A stretch of DNA of 56,810 bases from a virus (lineage: Duplodnaviria > Caudoviricetes), in IMG/VR virus record IMGVR_UViG_3300013093_000003, positions 1-56,810 of that record; one strand, 5' to 3'. The notes below the pieces were generated by a model. The model was not told the origin of the DNA, made no database searches, and saw only the letters and a program-made list of their open reading frames with translations. Each line of letters starts with the position of its first letter. The stretch's first letter is position 1. The position numbers and the translations under genes were made by a program. Positions 8,601 to 16,454 of this stretch are shown piece after piece.

Positions 8601-8816
8601 ACAGAAGGCGGTTTTTCGGTCGGTGATGAAATTGTCCCTTTCACATATACCGCTCCATACGTGGCGCCGTTTTCTCCTGCTTCGAGCAGGAATACTAGCC
8701 AGTTTACAACAGCATCTTCAAATTCTTTTGCGGCGTTGACTAAGACAAGCGGAGCGTTTTTTGCTTTAACAGCCGCAAATTGGTCTTACCGCGTAATCGC
8801 AACAAGGGGTTGGTAA
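5655..8816 (+). CDS. Long G/S/T-rich fibre/adhesin-like protein (1053 aa) with predicted signal peptide and internal repeats
   Basis: GGSSGQIQYNNAGAFGG and LTGDVT fibre-type motifs, repeated modules, followed by a chaperone-like gene; N-terminus MRFIKPMMAIAAALTLFTQPLQA. Confidence 0.75.
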   Translation: MRFIKPMMAIAAALTLFTQPLQAQSTRSALTTVNNAEFKSCGNGCITGPMVNSFNAQMLASTGFLADTNNWTGTNNFLGPISFATLGLTGVISSASPTGALSYGILPYSDVNIFASFNSNVNSYAQQVVSNSNAGTSASADYIVSNNLGTASSYFGDFGINSSGFVGVGSLNLPNATFLAATSGDLSLGTTGANAVHIVANGSATDAITVTSGNAVALPQLTGYVYANGSSAATASSNIPVAALNGGSGASSTTFWRGDGTWATPAGGGGGTPGGSSGQIQYNNAGAFGGFTASGDATIVASTGAVTLSTVNSNVGSFGSATAAPTFTVNGKGLLTAAGSVTIAPPFSAVTGQTTLAQLPSLATNTILGNGTASTATPTALAIPSCSTASSALTWTTSTGFGCNSISGGGSGTVNSGTIGQLAYYASTGTAVSGETTLAASQMPALTGDVTNTAGSLATTVGSIGGKAVSLGGSFTTSGAFNTTLTTTGTTTLTLPTSGTVTALGNTVTGIGSIVLNSGATLAGPLLTNASASGFFSAPGLITTTDLASQNANTILGNGTASAATPTALAVPSCAGATNALIWTSGTGFGCNTITGSGSGTVSSGTAGQLAYYASSGTVVSGETTLVASQMPALTGDVTNTAGSLATTVGSIGGKAVSLGGNLTTSGAFNTTLTTTGTTSLTLPTSGTVTALGNTVTGSGSIVLATSPTLTSPTESGTTVTGSFTATGLVTLADQATQAANTVTGNGTGSTASPTALAVPSCSTGTSALTWTSGTGFGCNSITGGSSTVTSVRQSVQSGPGGGTPTFLPATSASLAITSQNISTGANSFVVSSAGGFGSSGNVDNVGVSTANLTWSSLTASTTDFLGVTVSGGALTTLSTALVPIYQYGGTISVTSGQYTFDISQMKMFLGNGSTASAVNVVFVGEAVTSGSAVTSTVAYQYLGYYDSGYIATLPAVSTSVSKNSNLGIAAHNITLHVKNITTEGGFSVGDEIVPFTYTAPYVAPFSPASSRNTSQFTTASSNSFAALTKTSGAFFALTAANWSYRVIATRGW

Positions 8817-8817
8817 C

Positions 8818-9216
8818 ATGATCTATTTTCTCAACACGCAAGACGGTTCTATCTATCAGGGTGATTGCCGAGTTGGCGACCGGCAGGCAACAGACGCCGA
8901 AGTGGCGGCGTGGCAAGCCGCGCACGCCGCACCGGTAAACTTCGTGCAGGTCAATTCAACCAGCACGCCCGCACTTAATTCGACGTATTTGTATGACACG
9001 GCGCATATTCAGGACATGATGGCGACGAGCCTTTACATTCAGGTCAACGGGAAATTCCCCGCAGGCCAAGCCGCTTTTCCTTGGTATGATTCCAACGGCG
9101 CCGTGCGGATGTTCACATCGCCTGCCCAGTTCCAGACTTTCGCAAGCGCAATGGCGGATTACGTGGCGATGTTGAATATAGGTCAGACGCCAACGGAGCC
9201 GATTACAATTTCGTAA
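8818..9216 (+). CDS. Putative fibre assembly/chaperone protein (DUF4376-like), paralog of 34599-35048
   Basis: Directly follows the fibre; shares VQVNS.STPALN, SLY.QVNGKFPA.Q..FPWYD and QFQ.FASA.ADY with the paralog. Confidence 0.7.
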   Translation: MIYFLNTQDGSIYQGDCRVGDRQATDAEVAAWQAAHAAPVNFVQVNSTSTPALNSTYLYDTAHIQDMMATSLYIQVNGKFPAGQAAFPWYDSNGAVRMFTSPAQFQTFASAMADYVAMLNIGQTPTEPITIS

Positions 9217-9225
9217 TTTACGGGC

Positions 9226-9255
9226 TTGACACCATACTATCCTATCAAGTAGGTT
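9226..9255 (+). promoter_or_regulatory. Sigma70-like promoter
   Basis: TTGACA (9226) - 18 bp - TAGGTT (9250). Confidence 0.45.
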
Positions 9256-9456
9256 GGGGCTTGTGGGGTTGAAAGCCCCGACGGATTGCCAAAGCCAAGA
9301 CCCGATTGCGTGGAGAGGCTGCGGCGTAAGGGGAAGAACAACTCGGCAGTCTGCGCAAGCAGCAACGGAGCTTCCCCTTTTTGTTTCGATGCGCGTTCCT
9401 CCCCGCGCATCGTCCTTGCGGGGTTCCGAGCTACGACGGAACCCCGCCTTTTATTT
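9256..9456 (+). ncRNA. Candidate structured RNA or leader
   Basis: Four GC-rich stems between a promoter and a terminator-like hairpin; no convincing ORF. Confidence 0.35.
9418..9456 (+). terminator. Intrinsic terminator
   Basis: GCGGGGTTCCG/CGGAACCCCGC stem followed by CTTTTATTT. Confidence 0.7.
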
Positions 9457-9468
9457 CAAGGAAATTCT

Positions 9469-9690
9469 ATGAGCAACGATGTGTTCGAAGACGCGCCCGC
9501 CAAAAGCAAGCCTGCTAAGGCGATGCCAGAGTCCAACGACCGGCTTTATGAAAAGCTGACCGAAGTGTTTGGCGCTCGCAAGGAAACTCTCCGCGCGTTG
9601 ATAGATTATCATCTGCCGGAAGCACATACGGGTATGGTCACAGAACCACAAATGCGTGCTATGTTGCTTGCGATGGTCAACGCAATCTGA
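9469..9690 (+). CDS. Hypothetical protein (73 aa)
   Basis: AAGGA RBS before ATG 9469. Confidence 0.6.
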   Translation: MSNDVFEDAPAKSKPAKAMPESNDRLYEKLTEVFGARKETLRALIDYHLPEAHTGMVTEPQMRAMLLAMVNAI

Positions 9691-9719
9691 TTTTGGCCAG
9701 TTCAACTCAGGGGAAAGCC

Positions 9720-9857
9720 ATGCTGAAGAAAACCAAATCCGAAAAAGACATGAAGAAAAACGTCGCTATGGAAGTTAAGTCCGGCAAGCCGGTTAAACAG
9801 GCCGTGGCGATTGCAAAAGATGTGCAGCGTAAAGCTAAAGCCAAGGGCTCAAAGTGA
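9720..9857 (+). CDS. Small basic phage protein (K.QAVAIA family)
   Basis: MLKKTKSEKDMKKNVAMEVKSGKPVKQAVAIAKDVQRK; motif often seen near phage packaging genes; not in ORF track. Confidence 0.7.
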   Translation: MLKKTKSEKDMKKNVAMEVKSGKPVKQAVAIAKDVQRKAKAKGSK

Positions 9858-10099
9858 ACTTCTGGCTCTCCGCCTACGCTGCTGGTGTGACGCTGGGGCT
9901 TATCGCCTCAGCCGTCATCGTGGACATGCTTCATGTAAAGTTTGACCAGAAGGCGCGATTACTTGAAACTTACCGCCGTCGTTGCGTGGACGACGCGTAT
10001 GTTAAAGGTTTCAACGAAGGCGTAAACGCGAAACGCATGGTGGACGAAGTGTTGAAATTGCAAGAAAACCGCGTCCCGCATGAAGGTTTTCTCCAGTGA
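9854..10099 (+). CDS. Hypothetical membrane-anchored protein
   Basis: GTGA overlap with the upstream gene; N-terminal hydrophobic helix. Confidence 0.6.
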   Translation: MNFWLSAYAAGVTLGLIASAVIVDMLHVKFDQKARLLETYRRRCVDDAYVKGFNEGVNAKRMVDEVLKLQENRVPHEGFLQ

Positions 10100-10111
10100 A
10101 CGGGACGCGTC

Positions 10112-10303
10112 ATGCCGAGAATTTATAAAACAAAGGGCGATGAGGCTCTGCGCGAAAAGATCACCGTCCCTGTGACGCAAGCCATGCTGTCTCGGTTGAA
10201 AGAGTTTTCAAAAGCGCTCAAAGTCTCTCCGACTTCACTTGCAAGGTTGTTTATCGAAGAAGGTATGCACCGCGCCGCGAAACCCCCTAAACCGGAAAAG
10301 TAA
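10112..10303 (+). CDS. Ribbon-helix-helix-like DNA-binding protein
   Basis: KITVPVT strand followed by two amphipathic helices. Confidence 0.55.
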   Translation: MPRIYKTKGDEALREKITVPVTQAMLSRLKEFSKALKVSPTSLARLFIEEGMHRAAKPPKPEK

Positions 10304-10304
10304 A

Positions 10305-10415
10305 ATGAAAAACTGGTATTCTGTTCGTATCGCATCGGTTGCTACTGTTCTGGCTGTTTGGTTTGTCGTGATGGTTATTTTTGCCGCCAGCATAGTGGCA
10401 GGCGCGCGCGCATGA
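10305..10415 (+). CDS. Small membrane peptide (36 aa)
   Basis: MKNWYSVRIASVATVLAVWFVVMVIFAASIVAGARA; ATGA overlap with the next gene. Confidence 0.5.
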   Translation: MKNWYSVRIASVATVLAVWFVVMVIFAASIVAGARA

Positions 10416-10675
10416 ACTTCACGATGGAAGATTTTATCATTTTCTTACCGTTGACTCTGGTCAACGGGGTTCCGCTGATGATGCGCGCCGATGACCTGTC
10501 CGGTAAGACGCTCTACGCGTGGAGCGACGATGAGTTTACAGCATGGCGGGCCGAGCGCCTTCAGGCGATGAAGGGCAAGTTTGCACCGTCCGAAGACCAG
10601 CCCGAACCGCAGTTCGAGATAAATCCTGTTGTGGAAAAGCCCGCAACGTTCCGCAGCAAAATGGGGCTTGAATAA
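10412..10675 (+). CDS. Hypothetical protein directly upstream of TerL
   Basis: ATG 10412; stop overlaps the TerL start (TAATG). Confidence 0.6.
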   Translation: MNFTMEDFIIFLPLTLVNGVPLMMRADDLSGKTLYAWSDDEFTAWRAERLQAMKGKFAPSEDQPEPQFEINPVVEKPATFRSKMGLE

Positions 10676-12561
10676 TGGCCGTGTCCTCGAACAAATGGCT
10701 GAAGCTGTTTGAAACTTTCATCGGTGACATTCGTATCAAGTCAAAAGAGTCCAACACACAGGACGAACGCGGCTCGCCGCTCATTCTTTGGGAAAGCCAA
10801 CGCCGGTTTATTCAGGAAGTCGGTTCGGGGCTCGATAACGGCATTCACTCGTTCAACTGTTTAAAGTCTCGCCAGCTCGGTGTTACCACCGTGTCTCTGG
10901 CGATTGACGTGTTCTGGTTGGCCATGCACCCGAATATCATCGGTTGTCTGGTGACGGATACGGAAAAGAACAGTCTGGCCAACCGAAGCCTGATCGAGCA
11001 CTATGTCAAATCGTTTCCTGAAAATTATTTCGGTGACGCGTTCAAGATCGTAACGTCGAACCGGAAACAGATTGTTTTCTCCAATGGCGCGCGGCTTGAT
11101 CTCTTGGTTGCGGGCACCAAGAACAAGGGCACGTCTTGGGGTGAGGGTATCGGTTACACGTTCGCACATCTGACCGAGACCGCCGCTTACGGCAGCGTGG
11201 ACGGTCTGAAGTCTTTGGAAGAAGGGTTTGCGCAGGAAAACCCCAGCCGCTTATTCATTTACGAATCCACGGCTAAGGGGTTCAACCATTGGCGCACCCG
11301 CTGGGTTGACGGGCTGAACGCCACGCTGACCCAGCGTTCGTTCTTCGTGGGCTGGTGGGCAGGCGATACCAACATTCTGCGCCGCAGCGACCCGCGATTC
11401 AGCGCTTACTCTTACCCGCCCGCACCAGATGAACGCGACCTGATTGCGACGGTTGCACGCCTCTACGGGCACAAGATCACCGCAGAGCAGCTCGCATGGA
11501 TACGCTGGAAAGGCCAGAACGCCGGAGCCGAGCAAGACTTGCTTGAGCAGAACCAGCCGTGGACGCACGACCAAGCGTTCGTTATGACGGGTTATTCGTT
11601 CTTTCAAACGCGCATGGTCACACAGGACACCAAGCGCATTCTGGAAAGCGGCATGGTCTACAAGGGCTATCGCTACGAAGTGGACGGAGATTTCTTCAAC
11701 TTCAAAATGATTGAACTTGACCCAGACCGCGACGACATTTCGCAAGTTGAATTGAAAGTCTGGGAAGAACCGGTAGAGGGCGCGCAATACGTCATCGGGT
11801 TCGACCCAGCCTACGGCAGAAACGACCATAAAGATGGCCATGCAATAATTATTTTTCGGTGCTTTGCCGACAAGCTCGTGCAAGTGGCCGAGTATGTGAC
11901 CGCAGATGTGGAAACAAAGCACGCGACTTGGGTTCTGTTTCATCTGTCAGCGGCTTATCGCAACTGCATGGTCAACGTCGAACTCGGCGGGCCGGGGCAG
12001 ATGATTATGCCTGAATTTGACCATCTGCGCCAGCTTCTTGCCGTCGAAATGAACGCCGGTAAGACAGCGGCAAAGGGGTGGGAAGACGCAGCCGGTCAGG
12101 CGCGTTGGTATCTATACCACCGCCCCGATTCGTTCGGTGCCGGATATATGGCCAACTTCGAGACGAACTGGCGCACCAAGCAAATGATTATGCACCAGTT
12201 GCGCGGCACCTACGTTAGCAACGAGCTTGAGATAAGATCGGTTGCGTTGCTGCGCGAGATGAGCATCGTTGTTGTTAATGACGGCGAAATCGGCGCACCA
12301 GAGTCACGCGACCCGAACGCCAAAGACGACCGCGTGTTTGCAATGGCGCTCGCTACTCGCGCATGGCTGGACTGGATTCGCAAAGACATGCTGGCGCAAG
12401 GCATGACTTATGAATCCGTCATGGAAAAAGAAGCCGGCAACGCAACAGAAATCAGCACCGTCGTAAACTCTATCGTGTTCAACTTTCTTCGGTCTCAGGA
12501 AGAAATGGAGCGCGACGAAGAACCGACAACTCCGCGCTGGATGTCTGACCAAGGTCTATAA
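10675..12561 (+). CDS. terL: Terminase large subunit
   Basis: LKSRQLGVTT Walker A, HLTE Walker B, ESTAKG coupling motif, YVIGFDPAYG and DDRVFA nuclease motifs. Confidence 0.93.
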   Translation: MAVSSNKWLKLFETFIGDIRIKSKESNTQDERGSPLILWESQRRFIQEVGSGLDNGIHSFNCLKSRQLGVTTVSLAIDVFWLAMHPNIIGCLVTDTEKNSLANRSLIEHYVKSFPENYFGDAFKIVTSNRKQIVFSNGARLDLLVAGTKNKGTSWGEGIGYTFAHLTETAAYGSVDGLKSLEEGFAQENPSRLFIYESTAKGFNHWRTRWVDGLNATLTQRSFFVGWWAGDTNILRRSDPRFSAYSYPPAPDERDLIATVARLYGHKITAEQLAWIRWKGQNAGAEQDLLEQNQPWTHDQAFVMTGYSFFQTRMVTQDTKRILESGMVYKGYRYEVDGDFFNFKMIELDPDRDDISQVELKVWEEPVEGAQYVIGFDPAYGRNDHKDGHAIIIFRCFADKLVQVAEYVTADVETKHATWVLFHLSAAYRNCMVNVELGGPGQMIMPEFDHLRQLLAVEMNAGKTAAKGWEDAAGQARWYLYHRPDSFGAGYMANFETNWRTKQMIMHQLRGTYVSNELEIRSVALLREMSIVVVNDGEIGAPESRDPNAKDDRVFAMALATRAWLDWIRKDMLAQGMTYESVMEKEAGNATEISTVVNSIVFNFLRSQEEMERDEEPTTPRWMSDQGL

Positions 12562-12576
12562 CTTTAGGAAAATAAC

Positions 12577-12924
12577 ATGGCCAAAGAGCACAATTTCAAA
12601 ATGCCGCAAGATGTGGTATTGAAGGTTCAGCCAACAAAAGCTGAAAGCCTGTTTGATGAAGAAACAAAAACCGAAAAGACAGGAGAAGCCGTGGACTGGC
12701 TCGACCTCCCCACCGCTCCGGTAGCGTCTATGGGCGAATACCCTTATGACGGCGCTCCGGTGTTCCTTACGTCGAACGGCGACGATTTCTATGAGGGTGT
12801 CTGGCGCACGTCGCGCACGTTCGGGAAAACGTCATGGGTGACAACAAGCTTCTGGGCTCGCCGCAACGCGGGCGGGGCAAAGATCGGTTTTGAACCTCTC
12901 GGATATAAAAAGATTTCGGAATGA
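12577..12924 (+). CDS. Hypothetical protein
   Basis: AGGA RBS; co-oriented with TerL. Confidence 0.65.
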   Translation: MAKEHNFKMPQDVVLKVQPTKAESLFDEETKTEKTGEAVDWLDLPTAPVASMGEYPYDGAPVFLTSNGDDFYEGVWRTSRTFGKTSWVTTSFWARRNAGGAKIGFEPLGYKKISE

Positions 12925-13112
12925 TAACGCGCATGTCGGCAAAAATGGCCGTAACGCTTGGCCTCAAACTCTGGGATGCTCTCTGGGCAGCAGACCCGAC
13001 GCGTGCATCTATCATGGCGCTGACCTCGTTCAAAGTGCAGGACGAACGGCAACGAATCTGGCTGTGGCCAGCAGACCCGACTATCATTAACGAAGTGAAG
13101 GCAGTGCGATGA
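12921..13112 (+). CDS. Hypothetical protein
   Basis: ATGA overlaps at both ends. Confidence 0.55.
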   Translation: MITRMSAKMAVTLGLKLWDALWAADPTRASIMALTSFKVQDERQRIWLWPADPTIINEVKAVR

Positions 13113-13702
13113 CGACGAAGATGCTGGAGTCAGAAATGATCGAGCCGACCGAGTTTATGGAAAAAGTGAAATACAAGGTCAACTATCAGTGCGAGAAGTG
13201 TGGCCACCACTATTCCCGCGTCTGTAAGGCTGTGCCAAAGAACGACCCGCCTTGCCCGAATAAGTCCTGCGCTGACAAGTCAGAACTGGCCGAACTGCGC
13301 TTACAGGTCGAACGCATGGCCAAGATGATCGAAGAAGGCCGAGCGCCCGCGCAAAACGGAACGCATGTCGTCGTCAAAGCGATCGACGAGACCGCAAAGA
13401 TTGTCATGGAGGACTTCCAGATGACAAATTTGCGCGATGGTATCCGGCACGGCGAAAGTATGGCGCCCAAGCTGCCGCCCGCGCAGCAAGCCGCCGCAGA
13501 CGGGTATTTCGGCACTGAAGGCTTGAAGGCACGCGGCATCTCGTCGAAGCAAGCCGCAGCCCTCGGCAAGCGCGCAATCGCAGGCGCGTTTCGCGGAATG
13601 GCGGTCGCACCAACAGCGGTTCTTGGGAATCAGACCGCAGCGCCCGGTCAGTCTCCGCTCCGCGTATTACGAACCGAACCGCTCGGCGGGCAGAGACGCT
13701 AA
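13109..13702 (+). CDS. Zinc-ribbon protein (FmdB-like N-terminus)
   Basis: YQCEKCGH...CPNKSC. Confidence 0.65.
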   Translation: MTTKMLESEMIEPTEFMEKVKYKVNYQCEKCGHHYSRVCKAVPKNDPPCPNKSCADKSELAELRLQVERMAKMIEEGRAPAQNGTHVVVKAIDETAKIVMEDFQMTNLRDGIRHGESMAPKLPPAQQAAADGYFGTEGLKARGISSKQAAALGKRAIAGAFRGMAVAPTAVLGNQTAAPGQSPLRVLRTEPLGGQRR

Positions 13703-13703
13703 G

Positions 13704-13734
13704 AAAAAGCCCCGAAGCAATTCGGGGCTTTTTT
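13704..13734. terminator. Bidirectional intrinsic terminator
   Basis: AAAAAGCCCCGAA-GCAA-TTCGGGGCTTTTT between convergent genes. Confidence 0.85.
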
Positions 13735-13738
13735 GTTT

Positions 13739-15523
13739 CTACTTTTTGCCGGGGTGTTGGTGGGCTTTGAGTTTCATTTCTTCCGCGTGTCGAACCGCTT
13801 CGGCCTTTGCAATTTCGCGGCGCGTAATACCCGCTTGCAACTCGTCCGGGTCGGTCACGTCTACGTGTTCGACCAATTCCGAAGCCGACATTGCGCCGAC
13901 CTTCAGCAAATCGAAAGCCAAGTTCTTTGCTTCGTTCGAGAATGCAGGCGATGACGAATGCGAATCGACGGTCAAGATTACATCGTCCGGCAAGTCCGCG
14001 AACTGAAAGAATACAGGCACCATGCCGGGGGCTGGGGGTATCAACAGTTCCAGTTCGGCCTTTGGTGTTACGAACTCCATCCCCGCCGCTTTCTCCGGAA
14101 CCCAAGCGATAAGCTTCCGGTCAACGTGAGCGCGCGCCAAATCCAGCGTCAAAGCGCCGAAGCTTTCGACCGCCCGTTCAACCAGCAGGGCGCGATCTTT
14201 AAAGCGCGGCGAAAACATTCGAATGAGCGTTTCCGCATGATTGCCCGACCGGACACCCGCATCGCCTTGGCCCTTTGCAATCGGCGGCAAGCCCATCATT
14301 TCATCGAACATGCGCTCATACTCGTGCAACGACGCCCAAATGTCTTGAGGGATGTTGGTTATGTCGCGTTCGACCTTGGCATTCGGGTTTGAATCCGAAT
14401 AGTATCCGCCCGGCTTATTCAGACGGCTTAACACGGTCTGGTTTACGCCGTTCGAACCCATGAACTTCGTTGCGGGTTCTTCCTGCTTGCGCAACATTTT
14501 GTTCGTCCCGACGATGCGGGAATTGATAGCTTCTTGCAGCATAATCAACTGCGCCACTTCCGACTTACCCCAGAAATAATTCGGCACAGGGTTTGAGCAG
14601 AACGTGTTGAACGGGTGCACACCCTTCAACGGCGGCGAGCTGACGCGCGTGTTCGGGTCATAGGCCAGAGCGTTTATAATAGAATAGCGCCCCAGCAACA
14701 GAATGTCGTCTCCGATCAACTGGAATGTCGCCCAGTCGTCGCGCTCGTCATCCCAAATCCAGACTTCCATAAGCTCCATCATCTGCTGCTCGACTTGCGG
14801 CGAGACAGACGGCTTTGGTTGGCTCATCCAGTCCACAACGCCGCGCGTCACAGAACCGCCCGCGCCGCCAGCTTGCAACGGATACATGCCGCCTACGACG
14901 ATATTCATGGCAGAACCGGACGTGCCGGTAAGGCCACCCGCCGATTCTTTCATGTAGCGTCGGCCTTTCTTGCGCAGCTCGGCTTCGTCGGGCGAGTTGG
15001 CAATCAGCCGGTCAAACTGATGTTTCGTAATCATCATGGAGTGGCAGAACCCCTCCATGTCTTTATCAAGCTTTGTGTGGTTCTCGCGCATAACGCCGAA
15101 ATCTTCCGGCTCGATGAGATGAACCGAAAATTCTTTATCTTTGAACATCTGCTTGGTGATGCCAAGACCTTTGACCAAGCTACATCCGACCGCTTGCGAA
15201 ATCAAAGAGTCCGCGTCCGCCTGTCGGCAATACTGCCGGATGCGGGACGCCGCCGCACGACCCTTGGCCTCGTTTATGATGTTCGGCACGTCTGGGTCGC
15301 CAATGTGAAACCGCAAGGCCACAGGCGAAAACAACAAGGATTCCAGATCGTCCAGAGACGAAAAGGTCTTGTTGAACATGGCCGGAGTCCCCGCGTCCCC
15401 CGAACCAATTGTGGCGTAGCTGTTGAAAAACACGCCCCTGTTTGTCCGGTCGGTGCGTGATGACATGCACTGGTCAGCGATCTCTCGCACGAATTTAGTC
15501 AGTTCTCGTCTGGGTATTCTCAC
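13739..15523 (-). CDS. Portal (head-tail connector) protein
   Basis: 594 aa between TerL and scaffold/capsid; HPF....PVPNYFWGKSEV..LI.LQEAIN resembles podovirus portals. Confidence 0.75.
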   Translation of the reverse strand: MRIPRRELTKFVREIADQCMSSRTDRTNRGVFFNSYATIGSGDAGTPAMFNKTFSSLDDLESLLFSPVALRFHIGDPDVPNIINEAKGRAAASRIRQYCRQADADSLISQAVGCSLVKGLGITKQMFKDKEFSVHLIEPEDFGVMRENHTKLDKDMEGFCHSMMITKHQFDRLIANSPDEAELRKKGRRYMKESAGGLTGTSGSAMNIVVGGMYPLQAGGAGGSVTRGVVDWMSQPKPSVSPQVEQQMMELMEVWIWDDERDDWATFQLIGDDILLLGRYSIINALAYDPNTRVSSPPLKGVHPFNTFCSNPVPNYFWGKSEVAQLIMLQEAINSRIVGTNKMLRKQEEPATKFMGSNGVNQTVLSRLNKPGGYYSDSNPNAKVERDITNIPQDIWASLHEYERMFDEMMGLPPIAKGQGDAGVRSGNHAETLIRMFSPRFKDRALLVERAVESFGALTLDLARAHVDRKLIAWVPEKAAGMEFVTPKAELELLIPPAPGMVPVFFQFADLPDDVILTVDSHSSSPAFSNEAKNLAFDLLKVGAMSASELVEHVDVTDPDELQAGITRREIAKAEAVRHAEEMKLKAHQHPGKK

Positions 15524-15573
15524 GTCATACCATCCTATGATATTGATTTAGCGAAGCTAAATAGCAGCATATA

Positions 15574-15603
15574 TTGACAGACTGTCCAAATCCAGAGTAA
15601 TCT
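15574..15603 (+). promoter_or_regulatory. Sigma70-like promoter for the head operon
   Basis: TTGACA (15574) - 18 bp - TAATCT (15598), in the divergent intergenic region. Confidence 0.55.
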
Positions 15604-15681
15604 AGCCCCACGAGTTGAGGCAAGTCTCGCTCGTCGTGGGCGAAAAACCTTCGCGCATGGACTCAAACTTTGGAGACTCCT

Positions 15682-15738
15682 ATGACCAATCTGCCAGTTC
15701 TCGACGCTCGTCACAAGGGCCGCAAGGGCCGCAAGTAA
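15682..15738 (+). CDS. Tiny basic peptide MTNLPVLDARHKGRKGRK
   Basis: GGAGA RBS upstream; repeated KGR; followed by a GC hairpin. Confidence 0.5.
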   Translation: MTNLPVLDARHKGRKGRK

Positions 15739-15772
15739 TCTTTGCGAAAGCAAAGGTTGCCGGTTATAAATT

Positions 15773-15799
15773 GGCGGGGGTTTAACGACCCCCGCCTTT
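15773..15799 (+). terminator. Hairpin, possible terminator or attenuator
   Basis: GGCGGGGGT/ACCCCCGCC stem followed by TTT. Confidence 0.45.
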
Positions 15800-15817
15800 A
15801 CAACAGGATTATCATAC

Positions 15818-16249
15818 GTGGCTTTGCCTCCAATGCCAATACCAAGTTCAGGCGCTCCCCCGATGGGCGGCATGGGTGCTCATCCGCCAGCAGGCGGCAT
15901 GGGCGGAACCGGCCCCGCGATAACGGGTGGCCCAATGGCGGGCGCAGCGGCACAGGGCACAGCCCTTGTTCACACTGCGCTTGAAGCCCTACAGAAAGCC
16001 CTTCCGCAGCTCCCTATGGGAACTCCGATGCACGCCGCCGTTCTTAAAGCTGTCACTGACATCAGTAAGCACATGGACAAGGGCGGAACCGAAGGTGGCG
16101 ACAAGTCCGCCATTATTCAGCAGCTCATGGAATTGGCACGCAATGCCAAGACCAATCCGAACGCTGCGGCAGCAATGCCGCAGGGCACACCACCCCAAGC
16201 ACCACCGATGCTGGGCGCACCGCCCATGCCATCGCCAATGGGCGAATAA
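15818..16249 (+). CDS. Pro/Gly/Met-rich head-module protein
   Basis: Low-complexity ends around a helical core; upstream of the scaffold. Confidence 0.7.
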   Translation: MALPPMPIPSSGAPPMGGMGAHPPAGGMGGTGPAITGGPMAGAAAQGTALVHTALEALQKALPQLPMGTPMHAAVLKAVTDISKHMDKGGTEGGDKSAIIQQLMELARNAKTNPNAAAAMPQGTPPQAPPMLGAPPMPSPMGE

Positions 16250-16260
16250 AGGACAAAGAC

Positions 16261-16446
16261 ATGGCCGACCGTTTTCCAAAACCCTACGTAAGCGACGTTA
16301 AAAAAGACGACAGCCTTATGGTTTATATTAATACCGAGACAATGGGCATCGGCGCTAACAAAGCCGGTTTGCCAAAGGCGGCTTCTGAAGGCCCCGGTTC
16401 TCTCGATCACGTCGGCACATCTGCTGGCGGCAAAAACAAGAAGTGA
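16261..16446 (+). CDS. Small head-module protein
   Basis: AAGGA RBS; co-oriented. Confidence 0.6.
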   Translation: MADRFPKPYVSDVKKDDSLMVYINTETMGIGANKAGLPKAASEGPGSLDHVGTSAGGKNKK

Positions 16447-16454
16447 GTTGAATC

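Noticed and set aside
9256-9456. tRNA or tmRNA
   Set aside because: No cloverleaf, T-loop in the right context or CCA end was recognised; no tRNA was seen elsewhere either
13700-15600. Portal as an actively invertible segment
   Set aside because: No inverted repeats at the borders, and a dedicated terminator and divergent promoter suggest a fixed arrangement
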